Positions 26,401 through 39,369 are shown, numbered from the stretch's first letter. The stretch: 53,385 nucleotides of DNA from Callorhinchus milii (GCF_018977255.1 NW_024705339.1:1-53385), one strand, 5' to 3'. Notes: generated by a model not told the origin, from the sequence alone. Program-made: numbers and translations.

Positions 26401-29400
26401 TATATTAATTTTGTAAGCATACTGGACAGACTGACTGAGGGAATGAACAAGGTTCTCCGAATCATCGGCCAGAGTCAACGTCACTATTCTACACGGCGGA
26501 AATTAATCGCAAGGCGCCGTGACTGTATCGACCCATCTGAACGTGGTGTTGAACTTCCCAGCTGATCAGCGTGAAAAATGTGCGTTCGAGTCTCCAAAAT
26601 AACGTCACGCGTAAGTTCTCCTGACCGCTGAATAAAGATACATTTACTATGCCTCCTAAACGGGCCGTTGCTTAGAGGACAAATCCCGGCAATTCATGCG
26701 CGGCTTGGCATTTAGACGATATCTATCAGTGGCACGCTCTGCAATTTCCGACGTGCCTATGAACTGCTTACGATTAGTTCCGACGCCCAAAGGTTCCCTT
26801 CTAACAGGCAAGGGATTAGGCTCTCCGTAAGTTCTTGTGCAACTGTAATACAGATTTCGCGTCTCCATTGGCCTACTCAAGTATTTACGGTCAAACACAA
26901 GTAAAATCACCAGGCATTGGAATTTGATTAATCGAACGCAGCTGCTGATAGTGGGTGATCTGGGGTGAAGGTAACTGTTAGCCGAAGAAGTCATCGAGTT
27001 ATTCAACAACCGAGGTTTTGCTGGGTCTATTACCAATTCTCACCTCTCGCAGCCGTAGGAGATAGCAAACACCACACCTCCACTTGAACCTCATAGGTTA
27101 ATCTCTCCCTACTGAAGTGGCCTTCCAGGGTCGCTGGAGGATGAAGTTGGACGCGCGACGAAGGTACAAGACAACGATCGCGAGTCGTGCCTGACTCCGA
27201 TAATTATGGCCACTACGGGTCTTGACACGAGATACTCGGTGACATGTATCTGTAACAAAGTACTCCACCTGTCCTTCAGGACGATAGGCTTCAATCTGGG
27301 CCGTCGCTGAGAGGAAGGAGAACGCCATAATCCGCTCTGCCCACTCCGAGTGAGTCCGCGCCATTGGCGGCGGAACTCGACATGTCTTGGCCCCTAGCAG
27401 ACGAAGATGAAAACATGTATTAAGTTGGGCCCATTACGCCGATAGCGCGATTACTTGTCTCCATTGAACACCCTGCTTATCAGTTTCCTGCGACTTTGAC
27501 GTAAATGTTTCCGCGATTCTTGATGAGCCTCAAGTTGAAGGCATCCTTGACGGGTACAATCAACATAGGATTCCTTGCGATTGCGTTATAGTCCCGCGAA
27601 GACTTACCCAGTTGGTTCTTACTAGAGCGCTCCTGTGTGACGAGAAACCCAACGCAGGATGGAGGCACGAGAGGGCTGGGCCCAATTATTAAGCTTGATC
27701 AACGGGTGACCAGACGCAGAATCCCGTTCCTCCTCCGGAAAGCCCGGTCTATACCGTAGACGTACCAATCAACGGGGTTGCCTCCAAAGGGGACTGAAAA
27801 ATATAACCCAGACGTACGACTGCTAGAGACAGGGTCGCCTGATATGGACGGACTGTCAGGTGGCCGGATGCGAGAGAAGGGACAGTATTGCGCACGTTCC
27901 GCATGATCCGACGTCCGCCGTAGACCTTCGAAATCTTTGGGAGCTCAAAAGAATATCCTTAGAGTGTCCGTTTTATGTCAAACAGGCTGACGAGAAACCT
28001 ACTTGGGGTAACGATACTCGTACGACGGCTTATTGACGTGATCGGCAACTGAGCTCCATAGAATTTAAAAGGCCCTATCAGACCCTATGTACGAACAATC
28101 GTGGCAATGGAACTGATCACATAACCATCATGGGCCAAAGGCAGGTACGACACTGCTAGAACTCAGTCCGTTGCACTCACTATATGTATGGGGTGATCAA
28201 ACACGGGTAGCCAACAACTGTTCGTGAGGGGAGCTCTCAGATCAGAAATGCTTAGTTTCTAGAGTTCCTCGAAGAGTCGCAAAAATGCAAACGTAGAATA
28301 GCACAAGCTACTTGCCCCAATTGTTCGCTTCTCGCAGCTTAACCGTGAAACTTTGATCACAGTAGCGGCAATTGTACACTACCGTGCCTATGCATGTTTT
28401 CGTCGGCGACTGGCTACCTACGATGTAATCCGACATCACCATGGCAATAACCTTGTGGAAAGGGACCGGTGGACGCCCGAGGCCTCCAGGCGGTTTTAGC
28501 TCGGTAGAATGCGCATGCCAATAGTAGCATCGCAACCTGACCACATCACGACGTTGATGAGGCACATGGTACGGGAGACAGAATTACTTGATCCTAACAT
28601 CGGTCCGTGCCGACACGAAACCTTTCTGAGCGTATACTACTGCCGACTAATTAACAGGGCCTAGAAATGAATAGCTCATTTGTACTGTGCTAGTCCGTGA
28701 CAATGTGTACATATTGGCACTTTCGCCTTAAATGTGGCGTTTTGTATACCGCCTGATAGACTAGTTATGATGGAGCTACGATGATTCTCCATGAGATTAC
28801 GGGCAGAGTTGTGGTTTTCCTACCGCCTCCTGTTTACTAGCGCGAAGATGGTTGTTTTAGATTTCCCATGTCGTTATAGAGGGCGGCTTGAACCCGAATT
28901 TATTCTTGCGATTGCTAGAGCCTCACGACAAAGTCTGGCTAAGAAATGACAGGCCTCTTACCGAAACCGGGTGCAAATACGAAATACAAGACCTCGAAAT
29001 GTTACAAAGGAAGTTCATGTAAGCGATGCATCAGCGGCCTACTAAACGCATACGCAGTAGGACTACATATTCCATGATCAGTGGACTAAGATGCCCCCTA
29101 CAGTAGCTTAGCCCTTCTATTTGGCACCTGTCAACAACTTAAAAGGCCCACTTTATCTCGTCGTCTGGAGGGTCAAAAGCTCGGCTTTAGCACGAGGGGC
29201 GGGCTCAGTATCCTAGTCTGGACGTCGTCGTATGATCGGATTTACCAAGTGGTGAATGCGAACCTCCAGTCCCAGCTGCAACCGCAGGCAGGACAGAAGG
29301 TAATGTTATTTTTCAGTCTTAGTTGCTCCGGTTTTTAGGACACATGAGGCTAATGCAATTTGCAACGTGTCTTGTTAGTATAGGTCGATATGGGGCTCGC

Positions 29401-31245
29401 AAAGCCTTTGTGGCTGTGTCCCCGCTCTACTGGTCTTTAGCGACCTTAGACGACAGCATAATTCTTTACTCGACTGAGGGAGCATTTGGGTGGGTGTAGG
29501 ATGTCTAGAATCCATTCGAGTACTAATTATATACTACAACGTATGCTCTAGACGGAAACTTTTGCGCAACTAACACTGCCGTATTTCCATGATTATTCCG
29601 CCAAGCGTATTGGAAGATGTCTTAGACACTCGCCACATCCGTGTGCAACAGTGGAGGATTCCGTTGACGCGTTGCGCTGTAAGGGGTTTATGAATTTAAG
29701 TCCACACGCTACCCAGTCGTATACCTCCGGATAAGCGTTGCATCAAACTGTGTCAACTGCAATGCAGACCGCGCTACACAACTTAAAAGCGGCCGTTACA
29801 ACAAATATTTTTAAACGAAAGCAGAGGGAACCATTATTTTCCGGTGCGCCGATGCCGGTACAGAAGGCATTATATATCCGAAGTCGTGCTTGTTAGCAGG
29901 AGCCGTAGCGACTGGTCGACCAGGCCCTTGGCCGAATTACCTGCCCCGCTTAATCGGTGGAGTGTAAGGAAAGCCGCTGCTGGGTCAGTTACGGCAGCCG
30001 CTCCGGCAACTTAAAAGGCCCGGTCAGTGCCGATACGAAACGTAAATGATTTAAGGAACCTAGTCCCGCCCTATAACTTCAGAAACGTGGCTGCCAGAGC
30101 TAAGTGGAGAATGGCCCGAGTCTAAGATGCTACTTGAGGAAGGATCTCGCAGATTATTTCAACAACCAAACTGGTAACTTTCCGAGTAGCATCCTTGCCA
30201 TCTCCGGAACGGACGCTACGGATACGTATTCGTGGGACAACTGGTGACACCAATCTATTTCTAACCGCGTGATAGTCCGGGGAGCTCCTTCGGCCGTGTC
30301 TGAAGAGGCTGACGTGGAGGACATACCCTACTAAGCAAGTGTTACGAAACAATACAAACCCGGTTACCTAGTGCCCAGAAAGGTTAACAAGCACGAGCTT
30401 GTTACTCAAGTCGAGATATAGTACCACACTTTGCTCCGACGGTTTTAGAAAGCTCTTTCAGGCAGGGTAAACAAAACAGCCCCAATAACCCGAAATACCC
30501 ACCTTTACTCGGATAGACAAAGAGTGATTAAACCTGGGGACGCGTACACTCCGGGGAAGGCATCCCCCTTTTTGGTCCCCGCTACAAGGACTGGTAATAG
30601 CATGGAATAAAGAACCGCTCGGATACCATGACTGTACTTGATGCGGATGTTATAATCTGACATCATCGCATGGGCACCGGGGTGTCATACGCAACTCTCG
30701 AGGGCCTAGTCCTCCAATTATATGGTTCAACACCTCAACAGCGTTTTGAGGAACACATCTAATTCAAGACGCGGAGTCTGATATCCGACCAAGCTGACTG
30801 GCACCCCCTCTCCGTGCCCCGCACATTATGTGATCCCACAAGGCTCATTGCAAGGACTGACCCTTTTAGCGTCCGCGGGCGAAACACTAAGACTGAGACC
30901 TCTGGTCGTGTTACTGTGTTCTGTGTATACGCGGGAAGTATCGAACGATACCGTCAAATTCTAACAGCGGCCCCTTTCCCGTATAATCTATCATAGAGGC
31001 TACGGTCTGAAAGTTATTCGGATCTGTGTCGAAGCGTCAGACCCATCGGGCACGGTTTTTGGACCCGTCTACTCCCCCTTGTAGGACTGTGCTATTCTTT
31101 TAAGACTTCCCAGGCATTATCCCGTTAGCGCGTCCGGATATTCTGATGCACTAGGTTAGGAACGTGATAATGGCACGGCAGACCTGCGAGTTCTGACCCT
31201 CGAGTGCTCCAACGCGTCGACAAAGACTGCAATTTAGCAACCTGT
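8420..31245. other. Featureless random-like block (probably shuffled, synthetic or foreign filler); boundaries approximate
   Basis: No ORF over ~126 aa in the track, no recognisable domain, no microsatellites and none of the SINE, LINE or PLE families that occur every 1-2 kb in both flanks; composition looks flat. Confidence 0.8.
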
Positions 31246-32324
31246 GTTAAACCCATCCAGCCCCCATTACCATCCACCACACATCATCACCCACCACTAT
31301 TCCTATTGCGACGTTATTAGCCCTGTTTGCTGCTGGGCGTTTGACTTTTGGGGCCTGTGGTCCTGTGCTTAGCCGCTGTGTAAAAGCGAATCTCAGCCGT
31401 AGCCCAGACCGCATCGCTGCACCGTGAACACTTCTCCCTCCCGTTTATCACGCGTCAAGTATTTGCCAGCGGCGGATTTCTTCCATCAACACCACGGCTC
31501 TTTCCACAAAAGCGGCAACTCACTCACTCCGGGTGTATCGCGCGATGTGAGCACAGGGTCAGAGCACGACAGCCACAGGCTCAGTGCCCCGTGGCAAAAC
31601 CACGCATCGAGAATCAGAGTGGGCCACGAGAGGAGGCCAGGTGAGCTGGTGAACAGCGAGGTGGCCACAGGAAGAGCGGAGTGGCCCACGAGAGAAGACA
31701 CAACGAGGTGGCCCAGAGGGGAGGGGCGGCTGTGGCTGAGCCTGGCGTGTGGCGGCGGGCAGGGCGGGAGCAGCAGCAGCAGCAGCAGCTGGATCCTGGC
31801 CACGCCGCGGAATGCCGCCCGGCCGCATCGCGGCCACACCGCAGCTCAGCCCGGAGAGGCTCCCCGCCAGGCTGAGCTGCCTCGCGGAACCTGACCCGGC
31901 TTGTAGGCCGCTCGGGACATGTGCAGAGTAAATACCGACCGTGCGTTAACCCAACAACCACCACCGCAATAACAACAATCACCAACCAGCCCAGCACACG
32001 CACGGACTCGGTTATATAATACTGCTGCTGCTGATAGCGGCCGTGACAAGGCGAGCTCTGGCGAGGGCGCTGACCATGATGGTAAAGAAGGGGGCGAACG
32101 GGAGTTTGAGAGATTGTGGGAAAGATGCATTCACGTTTTACCGGAGAAAGCCACGCCGAGTCCCAAGACACCTTTTCAGGAGGATCTTGCCTAGTTTGGT
32201 TTTTGCAATAAAGAGGCGGTGGCGATGTTGTTGCTGCTGCTGTGCGATCCCAATGTAGTCATTTGCCGGGAATTGTTCATCATCGGGGTGAGGTTTGGGC
32301 AACATCAGTCCCACTGTTTGTGTG

Positions 32325-32480
32325 GGGTGAACCTATTGGAGTAAACTGTAGAACCCAGAGGAAACTCATGCAGACCAGGGGGACAACATACAGACTCCAA
32401 AGAGAAAGGCACCCGACTGACCCGAGTCAGGAATCGAACCCAGGGATATCTTGCTGTGAGGCGCGAGTGCCATCACTTCG
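32325..32480 (-). mobile_element. tRNA-derived SINE, family B (V-SINE-like)
   Basis: Reverse complement shows a B-box GGGTTCGATTCC followed by TGGAGTCTGTATGTTGTCCCC...GAGTTTCCTCTGGGTTCTACAGTTT. Confidence 0.6.
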
Positions 32481-33119
32481 CCCAGAGACTCGCATGGAGA
32501 CCCTGACACGGAGAACAGTGGATCTGCCTTGAGTCTCCCACCACCTGGCCTTAGGTCTTCTGGAGACCGCTGCGACGCTTGTCTCGGCAATGGGCCCAAC
32601 TCCATCATTCCGAGCACACGCGGCAAGCCCAGCGCAACCGTTCACGCCAAATCGTCTCTACGGTCTCATGTTATTTTCCAGGACCGCGACAATGAGAGGG
32701 TAAAGTGCCGATGTTCTGCGCGGCTCCCCGAGACGCTTCCGGCACGTGTAGCGAAACGTCGGATATCGTGGCGAACAAACCGCGGCGCGACGCGAGGCAC
32801 GCGGCTACCCACGTGGCAGGCTCCCACTGCTCACTGCCGCTGCGAGGGGTGGTGCTGAAACACGTTGACATTGACATTTGTGTGCAGCTCGTGAACACAG
32901 AGCCGCCGTCCCTGGGGTACGGTGCATCAGGGCGACCATCGAAGCCCCGCGCTTCCATGCCACGCTGTCAGATGTCATACTTCGGGTTTCGTTTGACGGC
33001 GGCGGGAGGCCCACGCGGTGGGTTTGCTCCCGGCCCCGCACCCCGCCCCCTAGGGACGACCCTGGCTGAACATTTTGCATATTGCGTTGACGCGAGAACA
33101 GAACTGATGATGTAGAGTG

Positions 33120-33255
33120 GATGTTGATGCATGGTGGGTGGTGATGTGTGGTGGGTGGTGATGGAGAGTGGATGGTGATATGTGATGCATGGTGGATGGT
33201 GATGTGTGGTGGGTGGTGATATGTGATACATGGTGGGTGGTGATGTGTGGTGAAA
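33120..33255. repeat. GGT/GAT-rich simple repeat
   Basis: Repeated GGTGGTGATGTGT units. Confidence 0.8.
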
Positions 33256-33563
33256 TGACGATGTAGTATATGGAACGTGACCTGAACACTGCGCAGAGAG
33301 GGTCGGGAGGTGCTGGTTTGGGATTTTGCACTGCGACAGAGAGAGGAGCACGAGGAGTGGGAGATACCGCGCGTCAGAGGCGACAACAGCATCCTGGTGC
33401 CTGTTGAGGGAAGTGAGTAGTGGTCTGGGGCAGGACGCGTCACGGCTGGACGAGACGATGGATGGCGCGTGGAATGCACATTCTGTTCTCCTATAATGTG
33501 GTAGTTGCCTTCCTGAAGAACACCACGTTGTGTAAACATCGCGTTATAATAACAATTGATTCA

Positions 33564-34163
33564 TCTTGATTTGAAGCGTTCTTGACTGCAGCAATCCATA
33601 CTCGTTGGTTCTTTCGGTAAAGTCACGTAGGTAGAAAATAAAATAAATCGCGACGTTTCGATCGCAACACAAGCGGTCGTCCTCAGGCGGAAAAATAATC
33701 CAGCAGTGGAACTGCTGAACCAGAAGCTTGTGGTACAGACAGATGTGACATTAACTTGCTAATCCCCCTAATCTCCCTGCCTAATCTCTCCCACCAACAC
33801 AGTGCTAATCTCCCATTAACACTGCTGTTGTGCGCATATGCGGGGACGATACTCTTATGCGGCGACAGAAGCTCATTCATGCTAATCTCTCTGCCTAATC
33901 TCTCTCCCTAATCTCCCCCATTAACACAACTGACGTGCTTGCGTCCGGGGATGGAATTCCTTTCCAGCTCAGACCCCGCTTGCTTGCCCTTCGCCACATA
34001 TATAACCTCTTGTTGTAACAGCTCTCTCGCTGGTTCAGCAGTTCCACTGCTGGATTATTTTTTCCGCCTGAGGACGACCGCTTGTGTTGCGATCGAAACG
34101 TCGTGATTTATTATTTGTATTTTATTTTTATACCTACGTGACTTTGCCGAAAGAACCAAAAGC
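33564..34163 (-). mobile_element. Non-autonomous Penelope-derived fold-back element with ~120-bp inverted arms and a 9-bp TSD
   Basis: Arms at ~33605-33723 and ~34030-34160 are reverse complements. ATTGATTCA flanks both ends (33555-33563, 34164-34172). Shares CTACGTGACTTT(A/G)CCGAAAGA and GCTAATCTCCCATTAAC with the Penelope 3' end at 49.1-49.45 kb. Confidence 0.8.
34062..34106 (+). ncRNA. Minimal type I hammerhead ribozyme motif (inverted copy on the minus strand at ~33646-33692)
   Basis: CTGAGGA-CGACCGC(ttgtgtt)GCGATCG-AAAC-GTC: conserved core, stem II, palindromic ACGT stem III and a GUC cleavage triplet. Confidence 0.7.
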
Positions 34164-34439
34164 ATTGATTCAATGGGAATTAAGGGGTTAGGGGTAGTAA
34201 ATTTAGAAAGCACCAACATGAATGACATTTTTCATGATAAGTTGTTATATTATTGTTGATTTTTACGTGTTCTTTAATAATCATTGTGTTTTAGTTTGAT
34301 AATATAATTTATGAATACGTGAAAATGCCTGAAAAGTGCATGTTACAGTGTTAGTCGCTAAGCGATAGAAAACATAGCCGTGGAGGAGGGTGAACAGAGA
34401 AAACGATTAACGGTGTGAAGTGAAGGGTGCAATGTCGTT

Positions 34440-34562
34440 CTATTCACTCAATCGCATATATCCAATTCTCATCCATGTTGTACAAATGTGTTCCCGAATA
34501 CATTCACGGCATTATATCCAAATTCGTGCTATGAAAACACGCGTTATAGCAGAACGGACTGG
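34440..34562 (-). mobile_element. Tigger/pogo-like DNA transposon terminal fragment
   Basis: Reverse complement CAGTCCGTTCTGCTATAACGCGTG...AATTGGATAT matches the element starting at 52825. Confidence 0.55.
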
Positions 34563-35479
34563 ACATGCACACAAATCCTGAACCGGTGTCGACATTCAGT
34601 GTATCGTCAACACTCAGACTTGCTTAAACCAATATCGTACCGTTGACCTGCCCGATGTTCATAGGCAAGGACTCACTCGACTGCTTAAATTGTGCACTCC
34701 CAGAAGGCAGGCTCGTGTGGCTAACGGGTTGTGTAAAATCACTTGCATTGTCTCAGTGGAGGGACCGCTATGGGAGGGACGCGAACCGTAAGTGAAGTTA
34801 TTTTGCTGTTATGACGGAAACACCGTTCTTACAGAGTGGTGGAGCACCGCTGAGCACAATGCGCTACGCACATTCCCAACAGTGGCACGTGACGTTTGAC
34901 CTCGAGCTCGGACGATTAGTCGATTAATTATCCTCATGGCTTTCACTTTATTCCCCCCCTTCCCCGTTTCTGGCGTGAGTGCAGGAGTTCCACTTTGATC
35001 CCCCCCCGCTCTGCCTCCTCCCTCCCGTCCGCCCGCACGCGCGCCTGGGACGCGTACGGGCACGCGTGGACTCTCCGCTCTTGTATGCGAGCCAAAAACC
35101 ATGAGCGATCACAGGAGGAGGAGGATGATGATGATGGGCATTATCATTATTTCATTTGTCTCGCGTTCCGAGGCTGTCGGTTACAGCGACTGCAGCGGCC
35201 GCGTCGGTGGAAGTAAGAGCGCAGAGTGCACACGTGTGGTGTGGCTGAGCATTCGTGTCGAGCGCCTGGCACTTCTTATGATGTGGCTGTTATTCGTGTG
35301 GTGTGCCTAGGACTTCGTGTGGCGCGACTGAAACTTCGTGTGGTGTGGCTGGTTGGCAGCAGGACAGACCGGCCGGTACGTTTAAGAGACCTTCCCCGGG
35401 CAGCCCGACACTCCACCCGAAGCACCCGAGGATGCGGAACCTGAGACTGGTCACCTGGTGAGTGAGCGGTGGGGAGATG

Positions 35480-35790
35480 GAAGATGAGAAAGTGGGAGGT
35501 ATGAGAAAGATGGAAAGCTGGCAGATGACGAGGGAGACAGGGAGATTAGAGGGGAGAGATGAGAGGGAATGAGGGAGATTGGAGGCCGTAGGAGAGGTGT
35601 GAAGGAGGGAGATAATAGGGAAAGAGATAGGTAGATGGAAAATGGGAGGGAGGTGGCAGTCTTGGATAAAAGGAGATGAGAGAGAAGATAGGGAGACGAG
35701 TGATCGTGTAGATGGGGGTAGGTGGGAGGGAGACAGGTGGTTAGATGGGTAGGGAGATGGCGATGCAAGAGAGGTGAGAGACAGACATTG
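35480..35790. repeat. Purine-rich (GA) low-complexity tract
   Basis: Strong G/A bias on the + strand. Confidence 0.75.
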
Positions 35791-36094
35791 TGTGTGATGT
35801 AGGTGTACAGAAGTTGGGTTGGTGAACCTGCCTCTGCGGATGGATGGTGGGTTGTCTCCAGTTTAAAACCAAGAGAGCCAAACGTCTCTGCTGTGCAGGA
35901 CCCTCCTGAAAGATCGTCTTGAGATTCAGCGAACCTTTTTTACACGGTTAGCTCCGTCGACAGCCATTTGTGGAAATGACATAGTCCTATGGCAGGAGGC
36001 AGAGATACCAGCCTACCATTTCCGAAGCAAATGAAATTCATGCTGCTTCTCTTGTCCCGTGTTATCGATGCCTTTGTTACATACTGATGGACGG

Positions 36095-36320
36095 AGCGGT
36101 GGTGCAGTGGTTAGCGCACTGCGCTACTCACATAGATACCTATAGATCGTGAGCATCCCCCATGTAGATTCAGCCTTAACTGAGTAGCTGGTGTGGTGTG
36201 TAAACATCAGCACTGGGGAGACAAAGGTGGCCAGGCATGGTGTTGATTACCCACCCCTAGTGCGCTGTTTCGGCTTTATATGTGTTCGCTAACAGCATTT
36301 GCCCCAACAGCCTCTTAAAA
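36095..36320 (+). mobile_element. SINE family A copy
   Basis: GGTGCAGTGGTTAGCGCACTGCGCTAC head and TGTAAACATC...GCTAACAGCATTTGCCCC body. Confidence 0.7.
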
Positions 36321-36354
36321 GATACATGGGGCCTTTGATGTTGTTGTGGGGGGG

Positions 36355-36640
36355 TGGAGTGGCCAGATGTCAACTACCTCGCCTGGGATGCAGGAGGTCG
36401 TGGGTTCGATCCTGAGCCTGACGTCTGTATATTTGGAGGGTGTATGTTCTCCCCGTGATCGCGTAGATTTTTCCCGGGTCCTCCAGTAATTCCCTCCACA
36501 TATAGAATCAACATGCGTTTCGAGCATTTGGCTCATACATTTCCACGTGATAAGCCGCTTCATTTGGACTATCATTTGTGGCCAAGTCGCTTCTGAAAAA
36601 GAGATGTATAGCACTGTGGGCCTTACCTGGTAAATTATAA
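36355..36640 (+). mobile_element. SINE family B (V-SINE-like) copy
   Basis: GGTTCGATCC B-box and TGTTCTCCCCGTG core; similar to 45620-45935. Confidence 0.65.
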
Positions 36641-37079
36641 AAAGTCAAGTTGCAGTTTAGAGTGTGGTGAGGTTGAGGCTTAAATGAGTGTGAGTCAGGG
36701 TTGTGTATGTCTTCATAATAATGCTTTTTGGGTTAGATCGCGTTATTTATATGTCGTAACCCTCCACCATCCGACACGGCCAAACGGTAAAAAATGTGTC
36801 ACGTTTACAAAGGACAAAATAATTCACTTCTTTAGCCCACCGGTGTGTTGAAGAGTGAATCAACATCATTTAAAATTTGAGTACGACGTTTCGCTGGTAA
36901 TTACATCCAGCTTCATCGGGCCAGAACGGTGAAGCTCTTCTCTTGCTCCCGGTCTTAAATAGAGCAGCAAGCAGAAGGGTGACGGTATCATTCAATTCAT
37001 TCTGGTGCAGCGATTCGAGGCGATCTAACCCAAAAAACATTATTATGAATAACATTAGTCGCGAAAGCCTACGTGTTAA

Positions 37080-37210
37080 ACTGGGTGTGTATGTCTGGCG
37101 GTCGGGCGCGGTGCAGGCCACCTACCCCTCGTGCACCGTTCCGGACTTAATAGGTGCTCGCTAACAGCAATTGCCCAACAGTCTGTTAAGGCTATACGGA
37201 AGATATTTGC
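37080..37210 (+). mobile_element. SINE family A 3' fragment
   Basis: GTGCTCGCTAACAGCAATTGCCCAACAGTCTGTTAAGGCTATAC tail. Confidence 0.7.
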
Positions 37211-37369
37211 ACCATTTATATCAAATTCCACGGTGGAAACACGAAATGAAGCTTGTGATGGAGGCCCTGTCGGCAAAATAGTTTGTATCTTCTGGCCAAA
37301 TGCCATTTGGCAAAACAGGGACTGTAGCCCCGCCCCCAACCCTCGAGGTTCCTCCAGAAACAACGAAAC

Positions 37370-37720
37370 CACGACAGCTGGCCACGTGGAATGTTTGAAT
37401 GCTTGCTGCGAGGAGAGGTTGCAATTCCTCTGTCGGGAGCTGGCCTGGTACCACCGGGGCCTCTGTGGAATACAGGGAGGTCCGGTGGCCGGTTCTGGCT
37501 CCAGTCACTATGAGGGTGGAGAGTCCTCCACTCGAGGCAGGAAACTGCCAAACACCGGGAAGTGGCTCTTCTTCTGAGTAACTAGAGGAGACGTGGGAGC
37601 CTATAGGCAGTGAGTTTTAGAAAGTTGTGAGTCCCAGGCTACTGTGGGTTTGTCTCCCTATTAGCAGGAGGCGAGGAATGGTGGTGGTGGCTTACGCACC
37701 CACAGAAGATGAACATCAGT
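37370..37720 (+). mobile_element. RTE LINE apurinic-type endonuclease N-terminal fragment (pseudogenised)
   Basis: Frameshifted motifs QLATWNV, LCRELAWY..GLCGIQ, EVRWP and VVVAYAPTED are typical of RTE APE domains. Confidence 0.65.
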
Positions 37721-37834
37721 AGAGGGATGCAGGCAAGGCTGATGAGTCAGATGCCTTTCATGACCTCATGTCCCAGTTTGATTTTCTCTCTCACGGCCAA
37801 CATCCATGAATATATGAACCTGGTAATGAGCCTC

Positions 37835-38010
37835 CCTAGGTCGACTCAGCCAGAAATGAGTAGCTGGCATGATACAAACATCGAGCACTGGGAGGCAAAA
37901 GCGGCAGGGCATGGTTGCAGCCACGCCCCCCGTTCGTGTCCCCTGCCAGCCTTCATCAGTGCTCGCTAACAGCACTTGCCCCAGTCTGTTGAGGCTATAC
38001 GGGAAATCTT
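37835..38010 (+). mobile_element. SINE family A copy
   Basis: TAGGTCGACTCAGCCAGAAATGAGTAGC...GCTAACAGCACTTGCCCC. Confidence 0.7.
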
Positions 38011-39369
38011 TGTCTTGTGTTTCCCCATCCAGTTTGCCGGTCGCTCTGCTCCTCGCCATCACTGCTGGAGCCGTGAGTCCGGAGAAACGAACCCCCAACC
38101 CCAGCCCCTTGCCCACCACTACATACCCTTGCCCACCACCACATGGCCAGACAACGCCTTCCCGCTCAGTCATCGGGCATGGATTGCTTGTCTTATTACA
38201 ATAAACTTCACCGCGCTGGTCAGTGCGAGACATGCTTGTGGTGGTTGTGGTGTTCACACTATAACACATTTTGGTTATAACGCGGCTCTTTAATTCGGAA
38301 CGCGCACCGCTATAACGCGGTTTAGACGCACTACTTTCTTCAGCTGCGCAGCCGAGCGGTGTGATCGAGTAGCGGAATGATACAGTAACGCGCCGTCTCA
38401 CTGCGCGGTGTGTGTAGTCCCCAGGGTCACGCCAAGCTGCTGTCAGTGGCGGCTCCTGCAAAATCTCTCAGGGGGGGGCAAATGTCTGGATGATTGATAA
38501 GGATAAGGTCCACCCATGCAATGGATAAATTAACAGCTTAAGCATGTAAAGGCAACTTCACTTCTTTAATATTAATGAAAAATAAAGTGACTCTTACAAT
38601 ACATCTTGCTTGTTTCTATACTCACTATTATTACAATCCACTCAGTTTCTTTTATTAAAGATTCCACTAGGTGGCGACAAATAATATTGTTGACTGAAAC
38701 GTGCTTACGTATGATGACGTAAGCACGTTAGTGCGAGCCCTCCCGGAACCCATAGAGAATGCATTGCAGCGCCCGCCGTTCGAAAAAAAACATATTTGAA
38801 TGTAAGTCTATGGGAACAATCTGGGCGATTCTCAGCCGGAGTGAAATCGCCCAAAAAGAGGCGGTACTCCACAGAACGTGACATGACGCTGATTGGACTA
38901 TATCCAGAGGCACAGTAACGGCGAGCGTAACTCTGTGGTTCAATGAGATTGTGAATGTGATTGAAAAAGTCCCTTTCACACTTTGGTGGTGCGTCGCCCA
39001 ATCGCCCTAATGAAGAAACCACCCTGGCTGCTGTATCGTCACTTTACTTACAGGGGGAATTGTTTTCGCTTCAGGCGTTTTTTTGCTTAACGCGACACTT
39101 TCCATGATAGCATTTCCCGCTCTGAACGAGGAATTTTACACCACTGTGATGATTTGAGCCCCGCACTACATTCAAACCAGACTGACCAGCGTGGTGAAGT
39201 ATGGTCAACAACCCTCCCACACACGGTGTGTTTTATTGGGGAGACCGTGAGTTTATGACCACCACGCATGTGCACACTGCACTGTGAGTATATGGGCTAC
39301 TCTGAGTCTGTGGGTCTCTGAATCTGCGAGACCCCCGTGTAATCGCTGTGGTTGCGGCTGTTCTCATCT

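Noticed and set aside
8726..30996. Numerous 60-126 aa ORFs in the central block
   Set aside because: Lengths and composition are as expected by chance; no recognisable motifs.
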